DNA of 64,000 nt, taken from NCBI GenBank assembly GCA_964016885.1, contig OZ024763.1, forward strand, positions 10,478,001 to 10,542,000, given 5' to 3'. The stretch's first letter is position 1; each line of letters starts with the position of its first letter. The stretch is from Eledone cirrhosa (Eukaryota). The notes below the pieces were generated by a model. That model was not told the origin of the DNA. It did no database searches and saw nothing but the letters and a program-made list of their open reading frames with translations. The translations under genes and the position numbers were made by a program. Below, one piece after another: positions 11,378 through 25,106 of the stretch.

Positions 11378-13612
11378 TGATGTTTAACGGCTATCTTCCA
11401 CGCTAGCATGGGTTTAGACGGGAATTGTCCCACTTGAGGCAAGATTGGTTGTCTTGCTCTTATAGGACTGTCTGGCGGGTTTTCTACGGTTGGATGCCTT
11501 CCTAACACCAACCACGTTTACACTGTTGACTGGGTGGCTTTTTTCGTCGTGACACCTACACAACCTCATTTATTTAGGACTGGATGTTGTGGTACCAACA
11601 TAACTTTAGAGAGAAAGGGGTGGTGTGGATGGAGGTGGGGTGTATATTTGATTAAGAGGTGCCTACTGACTATAGGTTTCGCTTTGTACTTAGGCAAGAT
11701 GGGTCTTCTGTATTACTGTGTAGCCCCAAAGATCTCGGTCCAGTGACATTGTTTTGGAGAGGTGTAAGTGTATAAGGTCAGAATTTATCAAATCGTCCCA
11801 GGTTTTTCTGGGTCTGCCTATTCCATGGCTACCGTCTATTTTGATCGCCCTGCACTTTTTTATACAGCTGTTGTCTTTCACACGCATCACGTGACCATAC
11901 CAACGTAGTCTTCTCTCGAGTGAACAACATCTGATCCCTCTTATTCCTAATTTCTCACTTAGTTCATTTATGCTTTACCGTTCACGTATATTACTATTAC
12001 AATCCAACAGAGCTTGCAAGCTTCGTTCCTCTCCAGTCTGCGCAGATCCTCTGCACACAATGCCCAGGTCTCACTGCCATGTAACATTGCTGTTCGTATA
12101 CAGGCATCATACAATCTGCCTTTCATTTTTAGGGAGAACCCTTTAGCGGCTAACAGTTGTATAAGCTCTCTGAACTTTTTCCATCCCGTTCTGACTCTAG
12201 CTACTGTACTTTCGGAGCACCCTCCACCACTGCTGATTTTGTCACCCAGGTAACGGAAGCTGTCCACTATTTCTATAGAACCATCTGGGCAATGGAATGA
12301 GCTAGTATTCTGTGGGCACTTGCTACTACTTATTGCACCTGAGCACCGGCCACATATAAAATCTATGTTCTTAGTTAGCTTCCCTGTGATCCCACTACAT
12401 CTTTTATGCATACTTTGCATTTGGGACATAAAATGGAGTTTCTGCCTACTCCTTTCCTACACACTGAGCATGGCCATTTCCCAGAGGGGACCAGTGCCCT
12501 ATTTTCCCTCCTACATACTACAACTTTAGTCTTAGACAAGTTAATTTTAAGGCCTTTTGATTCTAGGCCATGCTTCCATGTCTGGAATTTCTTCTCTAGT
12601 TCAGCCATTGATTCAGCTATGAGTGTTAGATCATCTGCGTATAGAAGTTCCCATGGGCAGCTGGTCTTGAACTCCTCTGTTATAACCTGAAGGGCAATAA
12701 TAAATAGGAGGGGGCTAAGGACAGAGCCCTGATGAACACCAACTTTTACACTAAACTCTTCACTATATTCGTTGTTAATTCTAACCTTGCTGACTCTTTC
12801 TTTATACATGGCTTGATAGCTCTCACAAGCCATTCATTCATCATCACCTAGTATTCTGAGAGCTCACCAGATAATGGAGCGGGGGACTCTGTCAAAGGCT
12901 TTCTCCAAGTCAACAAAAGCTAAGTATAGGGGTTTATGTTTAGCTAGGTACTTCTCCTATAGTTGTCGTACAAGGAAAAGAGCATCTGTGGTACATTTAA
13001 CTGACACAAACCCAAACGGCATTTCATCTAGCTCAATTCGCTCTCTGATTAGTTGCGCTATAACTTTTTCTGTGACCTTCATGACCTGGTCAATTAATTT
13101 AATGCCTCTATAGTTTCCCCTATCTTGGGCATCTCCTTTACCCTTGTAGCAGTTAATGATGATGCTGCTACGCCAGTCATTTGGTATGACCCCATTCTGT
13201 ATGACTTAGTTTACTATCCGGGTGACCATTGTATGTCCCACAATTCCAGATGCTTTCAACATCTCAGCAACTATCTCCAAAGGCCCAGCTGCCTTGCCTG
13301 TCTTCATATCTTTGATTGCCTTACTTATTATACTACCTTCAACTTGTACTGCTGGTCCATCTATTGGATCGATGTTTGTCCCATTTATTCTCCTCATTTA
13401 GTAGCCTCTCGTAGTGACACTTCCAAGCTACCTTCTTATCATTATCAGTGATGGCAAGTACACCATCATCATTACGGACACACTCCTCCCTGACAATATC
13501 ACAGTTTTCCTTGACACATTGCCTAGCAATCCTGAACACCTCACGTTTTTGGTCCTCGCGTTGTAGAACATACTTGAACTTTCTATCATCTGCTTCCCTT
13601 CTTGCGAAGTAC
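11378..13612 (-). mobile_element. RTE-like LINE (RT with PHD-like insert), 5'-truncated and frameshifted
   Basis: FVDLEKAFD, HQGSVLSPLLF, YADD, KWPCSVC..CPKC..HKRC..CGRC, FRYLG; 3'UTR at 11378-11680. Confidence 0.9.
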
Positions 13613-13627
13613 GCACACATATATATA

Positions 13628-14348
13628 TTGCATGTATACGAGCAGCAATGTTGCATGGGAGCAAGACATTGGTACTGTGTTCAGAGGACCTACGAAGACT
13701 GGAAAGAAATGAATCATGCATGCCCTGATGGAAGTGTAATAGTAATGTACATGAACGGCAAAGTGTAAATGAACTGAGAGAGAAATTAGGCATAAGAGGG
13801 ATTAGACTCAGTGTGCAGGAGAGGAGATTATGTTGGTATGGACATGTGATGCATATGAAGGATGGCAGCTATATAAAAAGGTGTAGGGCAATCAAAATTG
13901 ATGGACGCCATGGAGTAGGAAAACCAAGGAGGAGGTGATAAAAGCTGACCTTGCACAACTAAATCTCTCAAAGACAATGACACATGATCGAGATCTTTGG
14001 CGTTATGCAGTAATACAGAAGACATGCCTTCCCTTGTTCACAGACTCAAACATACATCTAGTAGACACCTCTTAATCACTAAACCACCCTTACACTGTGA
14101 ATAAAACATTTCCAGCCCACACTGTAAAGTGGTTGTGTAGGAGTCACGGTAAAAAGTACCCAGTCCACATAGTAAATGTGGTTGGCATTAGGAAGAGCAT
14201 CCAGCTGTAGAAACCAAGCCAGAAAAAGTCCTATATGAGTGAGACATGGTCACCCGACCCAACTTACCTCAAATGGGACAACCCGTCTAACCCATGCTAG
14301 CGTGGAAAATGGGCATTAAAGGATGATGATGGTGATGATGATGATGAT
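13628..14348 (+). mobile_element. RTE-like LINE 3' fragment plus tail
   Basis: CIRAAMLHGS..LRRLERNE..WYGHV-like sequence; (tga)n tail. Confidence 0.8.
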
Positions 14349-14482
14349 AAATATATATATATATATACACATACACAAAGAAGATGATAAATATATATAT
14401 ATATATATATACACATACACAGATGAAGGTTTGAGAGCATACAGACAGACAGACAGACAGACAGACAGATATATTGACAGAT

Positions 14483-14690
14483 ATCATCATCATCATCATC
14501 ATCATTTAACATCTAATTTCCACTCTAGCATGGTTAGATGGGTTGTCCCATTTGATGCAAGTTGGGTCAAGAGACCATGTCTTGCTCACACAGAACTGTT
14601 TCTGGGTTGGTTTCTACAGCTGGATGTCCTTCCTAACACCAACCACATTTACAGTGTGGGCTGAGTGTTTTTTGTTGTAACTCCTACACA
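14483..14690 (-). mobile_element. LINE 3' tail fragment
   Basis: Near-identical reverse complement of 7570-7770. Confidence 0.75.
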
Positions 14691-14699
14691 GGCCTGCTC

Positions 14700-15390
14700 T
14701 GGCCCAGAGCAGTAGTACCTGTTAGGGCCCCATTTATGGGGGTCAATAATTACCTTACTTGAGTGGCGCCGGTAAGGTATTATCAGCCATTGAAAAGACC
14801 CATGGATAGTGTATTTAACAGCACTAGGGTTAGAGCCCCTAACTACACTGTCAAGGAGCAGTCTGGTTGTTATGACTTTGCTGGTTTAGAGCCACAGGGA
14901 GGGCCAGTGGATGATGGACCAGCTGTCTCTGAGACAAATATAAATAATTGTTTCTACTTTTGGCACAAGGCCAGCAATTACTCAATTCATTACTGGTACT
15001 TTATTTTATCGACCCCATAAGGATGAAAGACAAAGTTAACCTCGGCGGGATTTGAACTCAGAATGGCAAGGGCCGTAACTCTATGCTGGAAAGCATGGCG
15101 CCCGACCCTCTACCGATACAGCCAATCCACCGCCCTTATAAATAATGCAGTTTTGTCCTGCAGAAGAGCCATTAAAATGGGCACTTTGAATGTGAGGACT
15201 ATTTGGACACTGGAGAAGAGAAAGGAGTTGGGACATCTGTTCGAGGACAGTGGTATACAGATCCTTGCGCTCCAAGAACAGGATCCTACATGATGAGCCC
15301 CTGAAGAGAGTGATGATTGGGAAGAGGAGCCAGCTGACCACCACATCACCAGTGAAGAACACAACAAATGGTGCAGTAGGAGGAGTGGGT
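14700..15390 (+). mobile_element. RTE-clade LINE 5' part (APE N-terminus) interrupted by a SINE
   Basis: IKMGTLNVRTI...IQILALQE APE motifs at 15170-15280. Confidence 0.65.
14945..15137 (-). mobile_element. tRNA-derived SINE with ~10-bp TSD (tataaataat)
   Basis: Same family as 57000-57172; direct repeat on both sides. Confidence 0.8.
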
Positions 15391-15399
15391 TTTGTATTT

Positions 15400-15439
15400 A
15401 TTGTCTACTAATTTGAATAAGAACAGCAAGGTAATTCAG
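15400..15439 (-). pseudogene. ABCA TM12 remnant
   Basis: actag| LNYLAVLIQISRQ versus recalled ABCA1 FFLITVLIQYR. Confidence 0.35.
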
Positions 15440-15464
15440 CTAGTATATATATATATATATATAG

Positions 15465-16008
15465 ACAATATGCCCCCACACCCCCCATTGCAAGGTGGCC
15501 ATGGAGGTGCCACGGCAAAAAAGCACCCAGCCCACACTGTAAAGTGGACGTGTAGGCGCCACGAAAAAGCACCCAGCACTCACTGTAAATGAGGTTGGTG
15601 TTAGGAAGGGCATCCAGCTGTAGAAATCAAGCCAAATCAGTTCCTGTATGAGCAAGGCATGGTCAGCCGACCAGACACTGCCCACAACAGGACAACCCGT
15701 CTAACCCATGCTAGCGTGGAAGAACGGACGTAAAACGGTGATGATGATGATGATGACATATACTAATATATATATATCATCATCATCATTTTACGTCCAC
15801 TTTTCCCTGCTTGCAAGGGTGGGACGGCAACTGATTCTGGCTTGATTTCTACAGCTGGATGCCCTTCCTAACACCAATCCCATTTACAGTGAGTGCTGGG
15901 TGCTTTTTTGCCGTGGCACCTCCACGACCACTTTGCAGTGGAATGATAGGGACCCGAGTCCCTATCATCTAATTTCTACAGCTGAGTAAACTGGAGCAAT
16001 GTGAAATA
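15465..16008. mobile_element. Tail-to-tail LINE 3' tail (+, 15465-15755) and truncated SINE (-, 15777-16008)
   Basis: Shared ttaggaagggcatccagctgtagaaatc core in opposite orientations. Confidence 0.75.
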
Positions 16009-16104
16009 ACACACACACACACAGAGACAGACAAACTCAGGGAAGTGACGTAAGTCAGACAGTCAGACATACAGACAGATATTATAAGGGCGTGACGTTA
16101 TATG

Positions 16105-16335
16105 TATGTATCTATATAAAAAGAGAAAGACTAAGAATTATAGAGCGAGATCGCTAAATCCCCTAATGTGGTCCCTAGGGCATTGAAAATTTGAAATTTG
16201 TTTTGCTCAGAACACTCCCTGAAACATAAGTATTACATGTGTAAAGTTTGAAAACAGTCGGTTGGGTGGTTCTCGAGTTTTAGGGATTCGAACTCACACA
16301 CACAGACAGACATCCTCAGTTTTATATATATAGAT
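16105..16335 (-). mobile_element. Possible non-autonomous Helitron-type element fragment
   Basis: Minus strand starts TCTATATATATAAAA..TGTCTGTCTGTGTG, a typical non-autonomous Helitron 5' end with microsatellite. Confidence 0.4.
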
Positions 16336-16429
16336 TATCAAAACAATTTTTAAAAATAACTATTGTGGAAATTTATTACAGTAAAATATGATATAATATG
16401 AAAAAAATGCAGCTGAAGTTGTTTGGTAT

Positions 16430-18944
16430 TGACTCAGATCTGCATATTCCACGGGTGAAACTTTGGGTTCATTAGTCAAATAATCAAATTGATTTAGTTT
16501 TTATTGAATCTAAAATCAATATAGTACATGATGCAACATGGGTCTTCATTGAATTTCAATTCTTTGAGGCTTTTGTAAGATTCGCAGATGGTGAAAGCTG
16601 TTGACTCAGCTTTCAAAATCAACTTTTTCAACTGCAGATAGGTTGAAAAGATTTGGTTGAAGTAATACGGAGCTCAGGATTTTGCACATGCTCTTTTGCT
16701 GTCTGCACCAAAATACCTTTGTTCTTAAAACATTCTGCAAGGTTCTTGGTGTAGTAAATGCAGGCACCCAACCAGTTTCCCCACCTGATCACAATTGGTC
16801 GAGGGGGAAATCCAATTGTTTGAGTTGCTCCCAGTGCTGTTTGTATTTTACAGTAGCAGCCTTGATGACAGCAATCAACAGCAGGATAGAAAGTCTTCAT
16901 TTTTAGAGCAGAGTTGTGCAGTATGTGGGAGAAGCAGGTTACATGAAAGAACTTAGGGGAGATTAACTTGCAATAGCTACTTTATAGTAGCATCAGACAA
17001 TAGTAGGAGAAGTGACAGTCTATCAAGGTTCACTGTAACAGTGACAGTGGATTCAAGTGTCAAACAGTCTATCAAGGTTCACTGTAACAGTGACAGCTGA
17101 TTCAAGTGTCAGACAGTCTATCAAGGTTCACTGTAACAGTGACAGCTGATTCAGGTGTCAAACAGTCTATCAAGGTTCACTGTAACAGTGACAGCTGATT
17201 CAAGTGTCAAACAGTCTATCAAGGTTCACTGTAACAGTGACAGCTGATTCAAGTGTCAAACAGTCTATCAAAGTTCACTGTAACAGTGACAGCTGATTCA
17301 AGTGTCAAACAGTCTATCAAGGTTCACTGTAACAGTGACAGCTGATTCAAGTGTCAAACAGTCTATCAAGGTTCACTGTAACAGTGACAGCTGATTCAAG
17401 TGTCAAACAGTCTATCAAGGTTCACTGTAACAGTGACAGCTGATTCAAGTGTCAAACAGTCTATCAAGGTTCACTGTAACAGTGACAGCTGATTCAAGTG
17501 TCAAACAGTCTATCAAGGTTCACTGTAACAGTGACAGCTGATTCAAGTGTCAAACAGTCTATCAAGGTTCACTGTAACAGTGACAGCTGATTCAAGTGTC
17601 AAACAGTCTATCAAGGTTCACTGTAACAGTGACAGCTGATTCAAGTGTCAAACAGTCTATCAAGGTTCACTGTAACAGTGACAGCTGATTCAAGTGTCAA
17701 ACAGTCTATCAAGGTTCACTGTAACAGTGACAGCTGATTCAAGTGTCAAACAGTCTATCAAGGTTCACTGTAACAGTGACAGCTGATTCAAGTGTCAAAC
17801 AGTCTATCAAGGTTCACTGTAACAGTGACAGCTGATTCAAGTGTCAAACAGTCTATCAAGGTTCACTGTAACAGTGACAGCTGATTCAAGTGTCAAACAG
17901 TCTATCAAGGTTCACTGTAACAGTGACAGCTGATTCAAGTGTCAAACAGTCTATCAAGGTTCACTGTAACAGTGACAGCTGATTCAAGTGTCAAACAGTC
18001 TATCAAGGTTCACTGTAACAGTGACAGCTGATTCAAGTGTCAAACAGTCTATCAAGGTTCACTGTAACAGTGACAGCTGATTCAAGTGTCAAACAGTCTA
18101 TCAAGGTTCACTGTAACAGTGACAGCTGATTCAAGTGTCAAACAGTCTATCAAGGTTCACTGTAACAGTGACAGCTGATTCAAGTGTCAAACAGTCTATC
18201 AAGGTTCACTGTAACAGTGACAGTGGATTCAAGTGTCAAACAGTCTATCAAGGTTCACTGTAACAGTGACAGCTGATTCAAGTGTCAAACAGTCTATCAA
18301 GGTTCACTGTAACAGTGACAGCTGATTCAAGTGTCAAACAGTCTATCAAGGTTCACTGTAACAGTGGCAGCTGATTCAAGTATCAAACAGTCTATCAAGG
18401 TTCACTGTAACAGTGACAGCTGATTCAAGTGTCAAACCGATTTGGAGAGATTTTTAACTGAATCAATAAGTACATTGACAATTGTTTTGTCATCAACCTA
18501 ACTTTCATCAACAATCAAAAATACATTTTGATCAACCATGCAGCTCTTGCAATGTTTGCACTACGTATCTCAACATAATTTTAACACATATATTTTAAAC
18601 AGCAGTGGCGTATTGATAGAATTGTAGAGACACCTGGAATTTTGATTAGTGAGCTTTCTGCAAAAGGTTGTCAGCCTCAGGAAATTCTTTGTTCACCCTT
18701 GTAGCCTAAGATTTATTGTTTTCAGTAAATTGAAATGATTTGATAGTTGACTGTTTAATTTTTGTAGTCTTTTAAAGATAGTTTTGATGTTTTTGGCTCA
18801 TTCTATGAAACTCAACAAAATGCCTTTCATCACATTTTACATCAATGAGACACAGTCTGGTGTACAACTTGTTATTGTGATTTAATAGTAATTCTTTTGT
18901 AAAAGCAAGAACTTTTGCCTTCTGACTTGTTTTAACTTTGGCAT
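16430..18944 (-). mobile_element. Decayed CGGBP1/hAT-type DNA transposase split by a 49-bp array
   Basis: MPK start (18944); zinc-finger-like LC..VKCD.RHFVE.H..SQKH; VFLIVDES; LLLLSDA; FHVTCFSHILHN; GFPPRPIVIRWGNWL. Confidence 0.75.
17013..18437. repeat. 49-bp minisatellite, ~29 nearly identical copies
   Basis: Unit aaacagtctatcaaggttcactgtaacagtgacagctgattcaagtgtc. Confidence 0.97.
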
Positions 18945-19228
18945 CTGAGTTAATCTTAAGTGCACTCTAGGCGCCCTTTGTCGTTAACAGAGCAATCTCC
19001 CCTTAATGCATAATTCAATGTCAAGGGAAGCAATTCATAAAAATATTCAGCGTACTAAAGGATAAGAATAGAAAATTCATAATATTTAAAATTACTTGAA
19101 GCAGTACAATAAAGCATAAAGCAATGAGAAAATATTTTCCCAATCAACTTCAAAAAGATCCAATGAAACAAGAACAAAAGAAAATGATTCAATTCAATTA
19201 ATCACAGATAAAAATTGACATAATAGTT

Positions 19229-19556
19229 AAGGTGTATGGCTTAGTGGTTAAAGCATTGGGCTTGCAGCCATGAGGTTGTGAGTTCGATTCTCAGACCAGG
19301 TGATGAGTTGTGTCCTTGAGCAAGACACTTTATTTCATGTTGCTCCAGTTTACTCAGCTCTTGAAATCAGTTGCAATGTTTCTGATTGCCAAGTTGTATC
19401 GGCCTTTGTCTTTCCCTTGGACGTCATCGGTGGCGTGAATATATGAGGCTGGTATGCATGGGCAACTGCTGGTCTTCCACAAACAACCTTGCCTGGACTT
19501 GTGTCTTGGAGGGGAACTTTCTCGGTGTAAATCCCATGGTCATTCAAGGGGGTCTT
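19229..19556 (+). mobile_element. tRNA-derived SINE (same head as 7041, different 3' body)
   Basis: tggcttagtgg...gagttcgattc; diverges from the 7041 copy after ctcagct. Confidence 0.8.
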
Positions 19557-20043
19557 TAATAGTTGACTATAACATTCTATATTTTTTTATTTATATATTT
19601 TCAATGAATTCATTTGGTTTTTTTTCAGTATTTACTAAAGTGTTTAAATGATATTTTATTGAAATTTCGTTTATTTAACTTTATTTTAACTTCATTGCAT
19701 GGTTTTAACTCCATTAACTTTAAAAAGTGATTGATTATGAAGATTAATCATAAAAAAGTTTTTAAACTTTTTGATGAAAAAATTGCCTTAATTTTAACTT
19801 AGGCGCTAAACAACAACAACAATAAATTAATAATAAATGAAGATAATAAAATAAAGGAATGGAAGATTCTTCTCCTTATCTAAGCAACCCATTGACTCCC
19901 TCATCCCACCCACTCCTTCCACACACTCCATTACCCCCTCTCTTCTTTCTATCTCTCCTATACACACACCGCTCCCCTTCCTACCCCTCCCCCTTCCTCT
20001 CCCACCACACCCCCTCTTCTCCCCACTCCTCTCAGTTGTTGAC

Positions 20044-20082
20044 CTCAATCTCCATTGTATTCAAAAACAACCCGAAGGTCAA
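20044..20082 (-). pseudogene. Exon remnant
   Basis: aaatag| LTFGLFLNTMEIE versus recalled ABCA1 LVGRNLFAMAVE; weak donor. Confidence 0.35.
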
Positions 20083-20295
20083 CTATTTAGTAACACTAGA
20101 GGGAGTGGGTTTGTTTGTAGATATGTATCACTGTTATATGTGTGTGTGTGTGTATGCATGTATGCATGTATGTATGTATATATGTGTGTATGTATATATG
20201 TGTGCAGGTATATATGTATGTATGTGTGTATGTATATATGTATGTATCTATGTACGTATGTATATATGCATGTATGTATGTATATATGTATATAT

Positions 20296-20675
20296 GTCGG
20301 TGAGCATGTCCAGCTAACCCCAGTCTCCTCTGTGTCACTTTTGAGCTGACTTTTGGGAGGCTCCCATACAGCTCTGAGTTCTTCATCCTCAGTGTATACT
20401 GATTAATGTTCAGAGCCATCCTCAGCCTTCCTGCATAGTTTCTTGGCCAGTGTCCAAGTCTCAGACCCGACATCCAGAGTTGACATTGCACTCAGTGCTC
20501 CTGTGGGAGCCCCTACATGGACACACTGGAAGAGGAAGACCGAGGTTAACATATGTTGATACCCTAAGGACAGACACTGGTCTCTTGGAGACACAGAGCA
20601 TGGCAGCGATAATGAGGGACAGAGACCGCTGGAGAGAACTTGTCCATGGATCTCAGGAATTTTACCTGCCCTAGA
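20296..20675 (+). mobile_element. RTE-clade LINE 3' end with 5' inversion (20296-20469 inverted)
   Basis: Matches 41920-42195, with the upstream part reverse-complemented. Confidence 0.8.
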
Positions 20676-20774
20676 CATATCCCTTTACTTCTGCCGAGAT
20701 TTATAGAAGATGGATTCTTATCAAATATACTATACATACATCACTATTTCAGAGCACCGATACTAATATATATA

Positions 20775-21169
20775 TCATCATCATCGTTTTACGTCTATCT
20801 TCCACTCTAGCATGGGTTAGACGGGAGTTGTCCTAATTTGAGGCAAGTTTGGTCGGGTGACCGTATCTTGCTTATATAGGACTATCTGGCAGGTTTTCTA
20901 CGCCTTGATGCCCTTCCTAACACCAACCACATTTACAGTGTGGAACTGGGAACTTTTTACCGTGTTACCTACACAACCACATTACAGCGTGCACTGTGTG
21001 TTTTTTTTGTCGTGACACCTACATGATCTCGATCTCATTACCTCATTTATTTGGACTGGATGTTGTGGTACCAACTTTACAGAGAAAGGGTGGTGTTGGT
21101 GGGAGTGGGAGGATTGGGTAGGGGTAGTGGATTGGGGTGTATATTTGGTTGAGAGGTGGCTACTGACTG

Positions 21170-21170
<1 letters not shown>
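20775..21170 (-). mobile_element. LINE 3'UTR/tail
   Basis: Homologous to 3995-4345. Confidence 0.75.
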
Positions 21171-21204
<34 letters not shown>

Positions 21205-21249
21205 ATATATATATAAACAAACACATGCAACAGCCAAACTTACATACAC

Positions 21250-21306
<57 letters not shown>

Positions 21307-21498
21307 TTTTTTTCGTTGTTTTGGTCACCGCGGCTCGTTTATCGGTCGCTGTCTTCAATTTGCAAAGCTGTCTAAAGGTAATGTTTTAACTCTAAGGTAA
21401 AATACCTTATTGAGTGCTTAGCTGCACATCCCGACTGCATTCGTTAGCTTAGCTGCAACCAGAGCTTCGATTATGCTGCACTTCCTTTTTGTGTATAT

Positions 21499-21532
<34 letters not shown>

Positions 21533-21628
21533 ATCTATATATATATGTGTGTGTATATATATAAACATACACATACACACACACAAAGTCACAGCTAAAC
21601 ACAGGGACATACATACATACACACACAC

Positions 21629-21702
21629 ATTCCAGTGTTTGAACAAGCCATTCCCATCCTTGTATTGTTTTCTTACAACAATAACATCTTAACTCATGGA
21701 AT
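21629..21702 (-). pseudogene. Exon remnant
   Basis: tgtttag| (Y)SMS*DVIVVRKQYKDGNGLFKHWN |gtgtgt, in phase with its neighbours. Confidence 0.35.
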
Positions 21703-21759
21703 CTAAACAACTGGACAACAAATCAAGTACAAATATCTCACTCTCTGTCTGTCTGTCTA

Positions 21760-23815
21760 TCAACATCAACATCAACACCCCCACCCTACCTCCACAACAC
21801 CACCACCACAACAACAACAACAACAACATCAACGCCACCAACACCACAACAACACCACCACCACAACAGCACCACAACACCACCACAACCACCACAATAG
21901 TTGTTAACCTGAGTCAATGTGATAAGGATTTGTAATTAACCATAACAAAACCACCACCACCACCACCACCACCACCACCACCACCACCACCACCACCACC
22001 ACTACCACCACCACCACCACCACCACCACCACCACCACCACCACCACTACCACCACCACCACCACCACCACCACCACCACCATCACCACCACCACCACCA
22101 CCAGCAACAACAACAACAACACCACCACCATCACCACTACTACCACCAACACCACCACCACCACCACCACCACCACGACCACCACCACCACCACCACTAC
22201 CACCACTACCACTACCACCACTACCACTACCACTACCCCCCCGCACCATCACCACCACCACCACTACAACCACCACTATCACCACAACCACCCTTAACAC
22301 CATCACCACCCCACCACCACCATGACTACCACCACCACCATCACCACCACTACTACCACCACCACCACCACTACCACTACAACCACAACCACTACCACCA
22401 CTACCACCACCATCAACACCATCACCCCCTCCCCCGCACCACCACCACCATGATCACTACCACCACCACTGCCATCACCACTACCACTACCTCCGCACCA
22501 TCACCACCACCACCACCACCACCACCACAATCACTACCACCACCACTGCCATCACCACTACCACCACTACCACCACCACCACCACCACCGCCACCACCAC
22601 CACCAACCCAAACCACTACCATCACCACCACCACCACCATCACCACAACCACCACCACCACCACAACCACCACCACCACCACCACCACCACCACTACACT
22701 ACAACCACCACCACCACTACAATCTCCACCACCACTACAACCACCACCACCACCAACATCCACCACCACTACACCACTACAACCACCACCACCACCACCA
22801 CAATCACCACCACCACCACCACTACAACCACCACCACCACCACCACTACACAACCGCCACCACCGCCACCACTACAACCACCACCACAACCACCACCACT
22901 ACAACCACCACCATCACTACAACCACCACCACCGCCACCACCACCGCCACCACCACAACAACCACCACTTCAACCACCACCACCACCACCACCACCACCA
23001 CCACCACCACCACCACCACACTACAACCACCACCACCACCACTACAATCTCCACCACCACTACAACCACCATCACCACCAATATCCACCACCACTACACC
23101 ACTACAACCACCACCACCACAACCACCACAACCACCACCACCACAACCACCACCACTACAACCACCACCACCACCACCATCACAACCACCACCACTACAA
23201 CCACCACCACTACTACAACCACAACCACCACCACCACCACAACCACCATCACCACCACCACTACAACCACCACCACCACCACCACCACTACAACCACCAC
23301 CACCACCACCACCACCACCACCACCACTACTACAACCACCACCACCACCACCACCACCACCACCACCATCACAACCACCACCACTACAACCACCACCACC
23401 ACTACAACCACCACCACCACCATAACCACCACCACCACAACCACCACCACCACCACCACAACCACCACCACTACAACCACCACCACTACTACAACCACCA
23501 CCACCACTACAACCACCACCATCACCACCACCACCACCACTACAACCACCACTACCACTACAACCACCACTACAACCACCACCACCACCACCACCACCAC
23601 CACCATCACCACCACCACCACCACAACCACCACCACCACAACCACCACCACTACAACCACCACCACCACCACCATCACAACCACCACCACTACAACCACC
23701 ACCACTACTACAACCACAACCACCACCACCACAACCACCATCACCACCACCACTACAACCACCACCACCACCACCACCACTACAACCACCACCACCACCA
23801 CCACCACCACCAACA
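21760..23815. repeat. Long (ACC)n-type trinucleotide tract (~2 kb)
   Basis: Direct inspection; source of the poly-T/P/H/V/G ORFs. Confidence 0.95.
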
Positions 23816-23827
23816 CTAGACCCTTAC

Positions 23828-23865
23828 ATAGACATCCTAGTCCAATCCCAGGAATGTGTGAGTGC
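23828..23865 (-). pseudogene. Exon remnant (38 nt)
   Basis: atcacag| HSHIPGIGLGCL |gtaagg; resembles ABCA FPxFxLGxGL. Confidence 0.5.
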
Positions 23866-23959
23866 CTGTGATATTACAATATATAATACAAGGACTCCAA
23901 ACAGGATCCCACTTAGGGTGAAAGCAGAAACTATTAGCTTAAACGTTTAATATGTAATA

Positions 23960-24152
23960 ATAACTGTTTCTATATTTGGCACAAGGCCAGCAATTATCCC
24001 AGTGTATTACTGGTACTTTATTTCATCGACCCTGTAAGGATGAAAGGCAAAGTTAACCTAGGTGGGATTTGAACCCAAACTGTAAAGGGCCGTAACTCTA
24101 TGCTACAAAGCATGGCGTCCACCCCTCTACCGATACTTCCAGCCCACCGCCA
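23960..24152 (-). mobile_element. tRNA-derived SINE
   Basis: Same family as 57000-57172. Confidence 0.8.
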
Positions 24153-24502
24153 TCTTATCAACACATTGTTTAGATGATCAATATAACCCCCCCCCCATTT
24201 TACCATCGATTTCTGGACACATATTTCTCAGTTTATATTCAAGCATGTAGGGTAATAATATGTTTATCACAGGGTCATTTGCTGAGCCTTTGATAAACAG
24301 GTCATCTGCTGACCCTTTGATAAACAGAGTCATCTGCTGACCCTTTGATAAACAGGCAAAACTCCAGGGTAACAACACTCACTATTTAACCTTAATAAAA
24401 TTAATATTTCAACTCTACTTCATATTGACATACCCGGAAAAAAGACAACCTTAACGGTTGGAGCTTCCAGGTATGTCAATATTTATTTATGAAACAAATC
24501 TG

Positions 24503-24567
24503 TATTTTATCTGATGAAAGCGCACCATAATTTGCCTTGGTTGCTCTTGAAATATGTATAATAAAAT
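24503..24567 (+). ncRNA. Degenerate minimal type I hammerhead ribozyme motif (Penelope-type)
   Basis: attttat-CTGATGA-stem-GAAA-tatGTA-taataaaat. Confidence 0.4.
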
Positions 24568-24711
24568 AAATATGGTTTTATAAATATAGTTTCCATTTAT
24601 TAATATATTGTGTATTTACTCCATTAAATTGTTGAGTGCTTTATATCAGTTATAAACATTTTTAAGCTTGTTGAATCCCAACAAATTAAATATAACCTCT
24701 ACATATATATA

Positions 24712-25060
24712 TCATCATTCATCATCATTTCATTTCATTTTACGTCCTCTTTTCCCTGCTTGCAAGAGTGGGACGGGAACTGATTCTGGCTTGATTTCTA
24801 CAGCTGGATGCCCTTCCTAACACCAACCTCATTTACAATGAGTGCTGGGTGCTTTTTTGCTGTGGCACCTCCACGACCACTTTACAGTGGAATGATATGG
24901 ACCCCAGTCCCTATCATCTCATTTCTACAGCTGAGTAAACTGGAGCAATGTGAAATAAAGTGTCTTGCTCAAGGAAACAACACATCACCCGGTCTGAGAA
25001 TTGAACTCACAACCTTTCTATTGCAAGGCCAATGCTCTAACCACTAAGCCATGTGCCTCC
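24712..25060 (-). mobile_element. Full-length tRNA-derived SINE
   Basis: Reverse complement of 7041-7376. Confidence 0.88.
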
Positions 25061-25106
25061 ACATATATATATTTATATTATGCCTCCATATATATATATT
25101 TATAAC

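Noticed and set aside
14690-14800. HDV-like ribozyme at an RTE 5' end
   Set aside because: Could not assemble the nested double pseudoknot by eye.
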